Shown: positions 22,386 through 28,836 of the stretch, in pieces | How the letters are laid out: every line of letters starts with the position of its first letter | Position numbering within the stretch: the stretch's first letter is position 1 | Virus record (IMG/VR): IMGVR_UViG_3300017694_000006 | Span: 1 to 43,680 of that record | Length of the DNA: 43,680 bases | Direction: 5' to 3' (one strand) | DNA from: a virus | Program-made: the position numbers and the translations under genes | Notes under the pieces: generated by a model | Seen by the model: the letters and a program-made list of their open reading frames with translations, nothing else | The model's database searches: none | Told to the model about the DNA's origin: nothing

Positions 22386-22593
22386 TCCGGTTGCGGCTCG
22401 CGTTGGCGTTCTGAAAGCGACCGATGTCGTTGTCGCCAAGTAGAGCCGTCCAGAACCAGACCAAGGTGTCCCGCTCCACGCCTGCATCGCGCAGGCACCT
22501 CATCGCTTCCAGCACATCCTCGCTTGTCCCGCGCACCTTGCTGGACCGCTCGGCGGCTTCGTCGACGATCCTCAGGGCTTCTTCGGTGTCCAT
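22333..22593 (-). CDS. Hypothetical protein (86 aa), reverse strand
   Basis: ORF track 22333..22593 (-). Helical-looking MDTEEALRIVDEAAERSSKV...EAMRCLRDAGVERDTLVWFWTALLG. The + strand alternative over the same bases is Ser-rich junk. Converges on and overlaps the 22107 gene by 53 nt. Confidence 0.45.
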   Translation of the reverse strand: MDTEEALRIVDEAAERSSKVRGTSEDVLEAMRCLRDAGVERDTLVWFWTALLGDNDIGRFQNANASRNRIRHLLDRQAKGSRGFRR

Positions 22594-22614
22594 GGGTCGC
22601 CTTTAGCGCGCCTG

Positions 22615-22632
22615 GAACATCCAGAGAACATC
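22615..22632. promoter_or_regulatory. Direct repeat GAACATC-N4-GAACATC in the 56-bp divergent intergenic region
   Basis: GAACATC at 22615-22621 and 22626-22632 (11-bp period), between the - strand gene start (22593) and the + strand gene start (22650). Confidence 0.35.
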
Positions 22633-22649
22633 AAATTGGAGAAACACAC

Positions 22650-22922
22650 ATGAGGTTATGCCTTATCGTACTGGCGTTCGTCGCCGGGTTCGCCTTCCTG
22701 ATCTACATCACGCCGCCGCCTGACCCGAACAGTGTTTCGGAGCGCCTTCGCCGGGGCGAGGCTGTCCTGTCGTCAGTAGCACCTGATGGCACCAAGCTGT
22801 GGCACGTCGAGCGTGGCGGTCGGGACATCTACTATTCAACCGGCGGCACTCAAACGACCCGCACTGAGGGCTCCGGCAAGCAGGCCCATACCGTCGACGT
22901 GATTGTCCCGAACGGCGGTTGA
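22650..22922 (+). CDS. Small membrane-anchored protein
   Basis: MRLCLIVLAFVAGFAFLIYI is a TM anchor followed by a soluble domain. ATG 9 nt after GGAGA. In the frame of ORF-track 22524..22922. Confidence 0.55.
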   Translation: MRLCLIVLAFVAGFAFLIYITPPPDPNSVSERLRRGEAVLSSVAPDGTKLWHVERGGRDIYYSTGGTQTTRTEGSGKQAHTVDVIVPNGG

Positions 22923-23731
22923 CCCGCACGCTCCTCATCGACGCTGACATCATCGCCTACAAGGCAGCAGCGTCGAACGAGCAGAACATCGACTGGGGTG
23001 ATGGGGTCGTCTCTCACACCGCCGACTTCGAAGGTGCCAAGCGGCACGCTCGCGAAGCTCTCGATGCGCTCGTTGAACAACTGGACGCGACCGACCTCAT
23101 CATCTGTCTGTCGGACGACTTCAGCAATTGGCGGAAGGACATCTTCCCCGCCTACAAGACCAACCGGGCCGCTACAGTCCGCCCGGAACACCTCTACGAC
23201 ATGAAGGACTGGCTGGCGGAGACCTACCCGACCGACCGCCGGTCCCGCCTGGAAGCCGACGATGTCATGGGCATCCTCTCGACGGAACCCCACAAGGGCG
23301 AGCGGATCATCGTGTCCGCCGACAAGGACATGCAGACCATCCCCGGTCTCCTGTTCAACCCGAACAAGGACAAGTTCGTTCGCACCATCGAGCCTGACGA
23401 AGCGGAGCGGTTCATGCTCTGGCAGGCTATCTGCGGCGACCAGACCGATGGGTATCCAGGGTGCCCCGGCTTCGGCCCCGGTGCCGCCGACAAGCTCCTC
23501 GCTGGCATTGGTCTGGAGAGCTTCGTCCACACGTTTAAGTCGGGGCCCCGCAAGGGAACCGAGGAGACCCGGTGGCGTGAGGTGGACCTTGGTTGCCGAT
23601 GGAAGGCCATCGTGTCCGCCTACGAGAAGGCCGGGCAGGGCGAGGCTGAGGCCATCGTCCAGGTCAACGTCGCCCGCATCCTGAAGGCCGGAGATATGGA
23701 CGGGACCAAGATCATCCCGTGGGCTCCCTAA
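22919..23731 (+). CDS. 5'-3' exonuclease (T7 gp6-like, FEN/PIN fold)
   Basis: TTG start. LLIDADIIAY, NWRKDIFPAYKTNR, LEADDVMG, SADKDMQTIPG and GDQTDGYPGCPGFG parallel T7 gp6 (NWRKELVDPNYKANR, LEGDDVMG, SCDKDFKTIP, GDITDGYSGIAGWG). Confidence 0.9.
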   Translation: MTRTLLIDADIIAYKAAASNEQNIDWGDGVVSHTADFEGAKRHAREALDALVEQLDATDLIICLSDDFSNWRKDIFPAYKTNRAATVRPEHLYDMKDWLAETYPTDRRSRLEADDVMGILSTEPHKGERIIVSADKDMQTIPGLLFNPNKDKFVRTIEPDEAERFMLWQAICGDQTDGYPGCPGFGPGAADKLLAGIGLESFVHTFKSGPRKGTEETRWREVDLGCRWKAIVSAYEKAGQGEAEAIVQVNVARILKAGDMDGTKIIPWAP

Positions 23732-23749
23732 GCCTTTCTCGTTTTCTCG

Positions 23750-23772
23750 AATTAACACCCACCCTCGGAGGA
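23750..23772 (+). promoter_or_regulatory. Family-B (T3-like) promoter motif AATTAACACCCACCCTCGGAGGA. The only such motif ahead of the structural genes
   Basis: The predicted +1 G is at 23767. The transcript would begin with the stem-loop GGAAG-GAAA-CTTCC (23770-23783). Confidence 0.65.
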
Positions 23773-23796
23773 AGGAAACTTCCCTCATGGTCCTTA

Positions 23797-23859
23797 GGGG
23801 ACCGCTCGCGTTTCGGATTGGGGGTTCCCCGGTCGGCGCCCGAGCGGTCCCCTTTTTTT
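23797..23859 (+). terminator. Strong terminator-like structure: 12-bp perfect stem enclosing a 32-nt insert, then T7
   Basis: GGGGACCGCTCG (23797-23808) pairs with CGAGCGGTCCCC (23841-23852), followed by TTTTTTT (23853-23859). Confidence 0.65.
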
Positions 23860-23956
23860 CCGAGGTGACCCCCTGAAGTTCCCCGATAGCGCCGTCGCAT
23901 TAGTCGACGAGCTGGATCGGCTCGTACCCGAGCGGGTCCCCGAAGCTGGGGACTCC

Positions 23957-24061
23957 ATGGAGAGCATCCAGAGATACGCAGGGAAGCGAGAGCTTGTCCT
24001 GTTCCTGAAGAATTGGCGCGATGCCTTGAAGCGCGACGTGGTCCGAAAGGAGCGGCGCTGA
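23957..24061 (+). CDS. Small hypothetical protein (34 aa)
   Basis: MESIQRYAGKRELVLFLKNWRDALKRDVVRKERR. The stop TGA overlaps the next ATG (TGATG). Below the ORF-track cutoff. Confidence 0.35.
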   Translation: MESIQRYAGKRELVLFLKNWRDALKRDVVRKERR

Positions 24062-24390
24062 TGTGTATCGTGAAGACCCCGAAGGTGAAGGCCACGGACG
24101 CGGCGAACAAGACGCCCGACCCTGCCATCATCCGCAACCCGTACCTCGACGGCGTTGATCCAGAAACCAAAGCTCTGCGCATGGGCAGCTCCAGCCTGCG
24201 CATTGAGCGCGCCGGGAGCGGAGCCGCTTCGTCTAGCCCAGCTAGTCCAGCGGCTCCCCCGGTGTCCGTAGCGCCGCCTCTCTACTCGAACCCAAGCAAC
24301 GTGTATGTTGGCATGGCTCTCAAGAAGATCATTCCCGTTCTGGGAAGGGGCGGACCTACAGGTAAGATCACGCGTCAAGTGGCTCCTTAA
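24061..24390 (+). CDS. Hypothetical protein upstream of the portal gene (possible virion protein)
   Basis: ATG 24061 in the frame of ORF-track 24013..24390, coupled to the upstream small ORF. Confidence 0.5.
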   Translation: MCIVKTPKVKATDAANKTPDPAIIRNPYLDGVDPETKALRMGSSSLRIERAGSGAASSSPASPAAPPVSVAPPLYSNPSNVYVGMALKKIIPVLGRGGPTGKITRQVAP

Positions 24391-24399
24391 GGACCCTCA

Positions 24400-25965
24400 T
24401 TGGCAGAAGAACAGAAGCTGGTGACGGGGGCGAAGGCCCGGTACAACCAGCTGAGCAGCGGACGGCAGACCGTCCTGGAGCGCGCACGCTCCAACTCCAA
24501 GCTGACCATCCCCGGTCTTGTCCCCATTGACGGACAGGATAGCAACTCCGCCTTCGAGCAACCCTACCAGTCCCTCGGGGCCCGCTGCATCAACAACCTC
24601 GCAGCGTGGCTCCTGGTCACTCTCTTCCCACCCGACCAGCACTTCGCACGCCTAAGCGTCCACGAAGACACCGCAGCGGAACTTGGGGAAGACCTTTCGA
24701 CCGTGAAGGAAGCCCTCAACCGCATCAGCGGCAAGGCGCACCTCCTCATCGAGACGAGCATGGCGCGACCGATCTTCATGGAGGTCCTCCGCCACCTGAT
24801 CGTCGCCGGTAACGTCCTCGTCTACTATGCCTTGGACGGCGGGCCTCCGCGCATGTTCCGCCTCGATCAGTACGTCTGCCTGCGCGATGAGCGCGGGGGG
24901 CTGCTAGAGGCGCTAGTGTTCGAGAAGGTCTACCCGTCGACCTTGACGCCTGCGGTCATTGCCGCGTGCAAGGTAGCGGTGGAGCCGGGCAAGGAGAACG
25001 ATAAGCTCGTCGAGGTCTACACCCACGTCAAGCGAGACGGCGAGACCATCTCCCACCACCAGGAAATCAACGGCATCATCGTGCCGGGCTCCGAGGGCAA
25101 GTCCCCTCGCGACAGCTCGGGGTGGATGGCGCTGCGGTGGCAGGCGATCCCCGGCAGCGATTACGGTCGGGCCCACGTCTCGGAATACGTCGGGGACCTC
25201 ATGTCCCTTGAGGACCTCTCGAAGGCCATCATCCAGTTCGCTGCGGTCGCCTCGCGTATCGTCCACATCGTCGACCCTAACTCGATGATCGACATCGAAG
25301 AGCTGGCGGCAGCCGAGACCGGCGACTTCGTCACGGGCTACATCGACAAGGTCAAGGCCCTCCAACTGGAGAAGAGTCAGGACTTCACCGTCGCCAGCTC
25401 AGTGGCCGAACGCCTAGAACTTCGGCTGTCCCACGCCTTCATGCTCCAGAGCGGAACCGTCCGCCAAGCCGAGCGCGTCACGGCGGAGGAAATCAGAGCG
25501 ATGGCCCAGGAGCTGGAGAACGTCCTAGGCGGGGTCTACACCGTCCTCTCGGCGGAGTTCCAGCTGCCGCTTATCCGGCGCATCCTCTACATCCTGATCC
25601 GCCAAGGCGAAGCGCCAGAGCTGCCAAAGACCGTTCAGCCCACCATCGTCACCGGCTTCGAAGCCATGGGGCGGAACCACTCAGCCAACAAGCTGAAGAT
25701 GTGGATGACGGATATGGTCGGCATCTACGGGCCGCAGGTTGTCCAAAGCATCACTGATCCGACTGAGGTCGGTCGGCGTTTCGCGGACAGCTACGGCATC
25801 GAGAGCGTCGAGACGCTCATCAAGAGCGCCGATGCGCAAGCCAACGAGCAGCAGGCCGCGATGGCCAACCAAGCAGCACTCGCCGCAGCCCCGCAGATTG
25901 CGAAGGGCGCGGCTGACGCAATGAACCAGGGCGAGCCGGAGCAAGCTCCGCCCGCAGCAGCATAG
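24400..25965 (+). CDS. Portal (head-to-tail connector) protein, T7 gp8-like
   Basis: TTG start after TAAGGA. MAEEQKLVTGAKARYNQL, GDFVTGY, LQLEKSQDFTVA and ERVTAEEIRAMAQELENVLGGVYTVLSAEFQLPL parallel T7 gp8. Confidence 0.95.
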   Translation: MAEEQKLVTGAKARYNQLSSGRQTVLERARSNSKLTIPGLVPIDGQDSNSAFEQPYQSLGARCINNLAAWLLVTLFPPDQHFARLSVHEDTAAELGEDLSTVKEALNRISGKAHLLIETSMARPIFMEVLRHLIVAGNVLVYYALDGGPPRMFRLDQYVCLRDERGGLLEALVFEKVYPSTLTPAVIAACKVAVEPGKENDKLVEVYTHVKRDGETISHHQEINGIIVPGSEGKSPRDSSGWMALRWQAIPGSDYGRAHVSEYVGDLMSLEDLSKAIIQFAAVASRIVHIVDPNSMIDIEELAAAETGDFVTGYIDKVKALQLEKSQDFTVASSVAERLELRLSHAFMLQSGTVRQAERVTAEEIRAMAQELENVLGGVYTVLSAEFQLPLIRRILYILIRQGEAPELPKTVQPTIVTGFEAMGRNHSANKLKMWMTDMVGIYGPQVVQSITDPTEVGRRFADSYGIESVETLIKSADAQANEQQAAMANQAALAAAPQIAKGAADAMNQGEPEQAPPAAA

Positions 25966-25972
25966 GAAGAAC

Positions 25973-26131
25973 ATGACCAAGCCCGCAGCGGCCCCCAAGG
26001 ACACCGAAGTGGTGACCCGCACTGACATGGAAATCGTCGACAACACCGACATCCAGGTCACCGAAGAGGTCTCCGTCGAAACCGAAGAGGTCGAAATCCT
26101 CAACGGTCTGGTCCAGATCAACTACAAGTGA
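25973..26131 (+). CDS. Small acidic hypothetical protein (52 aa) between portal and scaffold
   Basis: ATG after AGGAAG. The stop codon overlaps the GTG start of the scaffold gene. Below the ORF-track cutoff. Confidence 0.4.
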   Translation: MTKPAAAPKDTEVVTRTDMEIVDNTDIQVTEEVSVETEEVEILNGLVQINYK

Positions 26132-27024
26132 CGGTCGTCACAGAGAGCGGTGCAGCTCCGGCAATGGAAGCTCCCGCTCTCTCTCCCGCTGAGCAGGCCT
26201 CGGTTGAGGTCGGCCAGCGCGGCTTCACGGAGCCGGTCGGCGTAAACGAGCCTGCACCCAGCGGCCCGCAGCGTCCCGACTATATCCCGGAGAAGTTCTG
26301 GAAGGACGGCAAGGCCGACTACGAGGGTCTGGCCAAGAGCTATGCCGAGCTAGAAGCGAAGCAGTCCACCCCTGCAGCCGCAGCGCCGCCCGCAGAGGCC
26401 CCTGAGGGCACCGTAGGTCCCGATGGGAAGATCGCCAAGCCGGAGGCTCCCAAGGCACCCGAGACGCCTCCTGCCGCCCCCCTTGCTACCGCGATGGACA
26501 AGGCGCGTGACGAATGGTCCTCGGGTCAGGCCGTCAGCGACGAGACGGTGGCTGAGCTGGAAGCCGCAGGTATCCCGAAGGAAATCTTCGGAGTTTACCT
26601 GGAAGGCCTCCAGGCCCTCGCCACCAAGACCATGGGCGAAATCCACACGTTCACCGAAGGTGCCGACAACTACAACGCCATGGCGTCGTGGGCTGCCGAG
26701 AAGCTGTCGGATGCGGAGCTGGATGCGTTCAACACGGCGCTCGACAATCCCCAGCTGCGTGAGAACGCGGTGCGTGGCCTCTATGCCCGCTACAGCTCGG
26801 CGCGGCCCTCGGAAGGAAACCTCATCACCCCCGCAGGAACCCCCTCGCAGGGCGGCGACGTCTACACGGACAAGTCGCAGCTGATCGCGGATCAGCGCAA
26901 CCCGCTCTACCAGACCGACCCCGCCTTCAGACAGACCGTGGTCGATAAGCTGCAGCGCTCGCAGCAGAGCGGCTTCACGGTGGTGGCGCGTCCGATGTTC
27001 GAGCGCGAAGTCTACACGCGATAA
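26128..27024 (+). CDS. Capsid assembly scaffolding protein (T7 gp9-like)
   Basis: Its position between the portal and capsid genes, an Ala/Pro/Glu-rich composition and PDYIPEKFWKDGKADYEGLAKSYAELEAKQ are typical of podophage scaffolds. Confidence 0.8.
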   Translation: MTVVTESGAAPAMEAPALSPAEQASVEVGQRGFTEPVGVNEPAPSGPQRPDYIPEKFWKDGKADYEGLAKSYAELEAKQSTPAAAAPPAEAPEGTVGPDGKIAKPEAPKAPETPPAAPLATAMDKARDEWSSGQAVSDETVAELEAAGIPKEIFGVYLEGLQALATKTMGEIHTFTEGADNYNAMASWAAEKLSDAELDAFNTALDNPQLRENAVRGLYARYSSARPSEGNLITPAGTPSQGGDVYTDKSQLIADQRNPLYQTDPAFRQTVVDKLQRSQQSGFTVVARPMFEREVYTR

Positions 27025-27220
27025 GCGCAAGCCGAGGTCGCTCCTCGGCACAACAGGGACGCACGGTTAGCCTGTCTAAAAAATCCGGCACACTTCCGAC
27101 CCAACCTCGACGCCGTCGTGAACGCCCCCGCAGGCCCGCAAGGACAACCTCCGGCAACTGGCAACGACCCATCCGGCCCCGGTCAACCAACCTACCTTTC
27201 CTCATTCTCTCAAGGATACT

Positions 27221-28186
27221 GTGGCCAACTCCACTCCTAACCGCCCTGGTCAGAACCAGGGTGCAGGCGACGTTCGCGCGCTCATGCTCGACCTCTTCGG
27301 CGGCGAGGTCATCTCGGCGTTCGAGACGGCAACGATGCTGCGCGACAAGCACCAGACCAAGACCCTCGCGAAGGGCAAGTCGTTCAAGTTCCCCGCCATC
27401 TGGCGCGCGACCGGCGGCTACCACGTACCCGGCACCGAGATTGTCGGTGACCAAATCCCCCACACCGAGATCATGGTCGATCCCGATGACAAGCTGGTGT
27501 CGAGCGTCTTCATCGCGGACATCGACGAGCTGCTGAACCACTTCGACGTGCGCGCTCCGTACACCAAGGAGCTGGGCGAGTTCCTGGCGCGTCACTACGA
27601 CGCCAACGTCCTTCGAACGCTGATCCTCGCCGCCCGCGCTGGCGCGCTGTTCCCCGGCGACACCGGCGGCACCGGCCTGCAGAACGCTTCGTTCGCCACC
27701 GACGCCAACGCCCTGATCGACGGCTTCAGCGCCGCGAAGCAGGCGATGGACGAGAAGGACGTTCCGGTGAACTCGATGCCGGTCCACGGTATCCTGCGCC
27801 CGGCGCAGTGGTATCTGGTCGCCCGCAGCGACAAGAACCTGAACCGCGACGTCAACGGCGGCACGGCTTCGGTGCGCTCGATGACCCTCACGACCATCGA
27901 CGACATCCAGGTCACCAAGTCGAACATCGCCTCGGGCGTCTTCGGCGCGGACGACAGCGCCAACACGGCTATCCCGGCCCCGTACCGTGCCAAGTTCGGC
28001 ACGACCGTGGGTGCCATCTGGACCCCGATGGCTGCCTGCTCGGCCATTGTGCAGGACCCGTCGTTCCAGATCGTCGACCAGCCCGAGAAGCAGGGCACCT
28101 TGCTCATCTCGCGGATGATGGTCGGCACCCGCAAGCTCCGCAGCAAGTGCGCTGTCGAGCTGCGCACCGGCGCGGTCCCGGCATAA
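27221..28186 (+). CDS. Major capsid protein (T7 gp10-like)
   Basis: GTG start 5 nt after AAGGA. MANSTPNRPGQNQGAGD, LFGGEVISAF and GKSFKFP parallel T7 gp10 (TNQGKG, FGGEVLTAF, GKSAQFP). Confidence 0.95.
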   Translation: MANSTPNRPGQNQGAGDVRALMLDLFGGEVISAFETATMLRDKHQTKTLAKGKSFKFPAIWRATGGYHVPGTEIVGDQIPHTEIMVDPDDKLVSSVFIADIDELLNHFDVRAPYTKELGEFLARHYDANVLRTLILAARAGALFPGDTGGTGLQNASFATDANALIDGFSAAKQAMDEKDVPVNSMPVHGILRPAQWYLVARSDKNLNRDVNGGTASVRSMTLTTIDDIQVTKSNIASGVFGADDSANTAIPAPYRAKFGTTVGAIWTPMAACSAIVQDPSFQIVDQPEKQGTLLISRMMVGTRKLRSKCAVELRTGAVPA

Positions 28187-28196
28187 GTCAATCCCT

Positions 28197-28224
28197 GGGG
28201 GTCTCTTCGGAGGCCCCCTTTTTT
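28197..28224 (+). terminator. Rho-independent terminator after the capsid gene (position of the T7 T-phi terminator)
   Basis: GGGGGTCTC-TTCG-GAGGCCCCC followed by TTTTTT. Confidence 0.8.
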
Positions 28225-28242
28225 CCTTCTGGAGCTTAACCC

Positions 28243-28836
28243 ATGCCCATGCTCGAACCATTGAGCGAGCTGGAGGCTGTGAACGCCATGCTGCTCAGCA
28301 TCGGTCAGGCCCCAGTCAACACCCTCAGCGTCTCAGGTCTCACCGACGTATCCGTCGCGCGCGACAAGCTGTCCGAAGTGACGCGAAGGGTTCTCTCGCG
28401 AGGCTATTCGTTCAACACGGACTCTGCGTACCCGCTGTCTCCTGACGCCGAGAGTGTCATCCTAATTCCCAAGGGTGCCCTGAAGGTCAAACCGGCAGGC
28501 ACTTCGAACTTCTCCGTAAGGCGGCATCCGACCAAAGGACGCGCGCTGTGGAATGGAGACGAACTGACGTGGCTCTTCAAATCCGCGCAGCCTGCCGAGA
28601 TCACCTGGGGCTTCCCCTTCGATGAGCTGCCCGAGACCGCACGTTGCTACATCGCAACCGTAGCTGGCCGGGAGTTCCAAGCCCGCATTGTCGGCTCGAC
28701 CATCCTCGACAAGTTTCTGGACGAAGACGTGCAGCGCGCGTGGCTATTGCTGGAGCGCGAGGAGCGCGCCACCCGCAAGACGAACCTGTTCCGCAACAAC
28801 GCCGGGCTTTCAGGTTTCGGCTCTAGGAGCTACTGA
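28243..28836 (+). CDS. Tail tubular protein A (T7 gp11-like)
   Basis: Position and size (197 aa). LSELEAVNAMLLSIGQAPVN...RGYSFNT resembles the gp11 N-terminus. Confidence 0.85.
   Translation: MPMLEPLSELEAVNAMLLSIGQAPVNTLSVSGLTDVSVARDKLSEVTRRVLSRGYSFNTDSAYPLSPDAESVILIPKGALKVKPAGTSNFSVRRHPTKGRALWNGDELTWLFKSAQPAEITWGFPFDELPETARCYIATVAGREFQARIVGSTILDKFLDEDVQRAWLLLEREERATRKTNLFRNNAGLSGFGSRSY

Noticed and set aside
23787-23876. 29-codon ORF MVLRGPLAFRIGGSPVGARAVPFFSEVTP running through the terminator hairpin
   Set aside because: It coincides exactly with the 12-bp stem and U-run. The RNA structure explains the sequence better than coding does, and there is no RBS.
27062-27079. Degenerate family-A-like sequences CACGGTTAGCCTGTCTAA upstream of the capsid gene and GAACTATTCCAAACTCGG at 4606
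   Set aside because: The conserved TTCC (27062 copy) or the ATTAAC core (4606 copy) is missing. They are mentioned in the findings as possible decayed copies but are too weak to annotate.
28140-28190. T7-style -1 frameshift site producing a longer capsid protein (10A/10B)
   Set aside because: No slippery heptamer was seen near the end of the capsid gene, and the terminator follows the stop codon within 10 nt.
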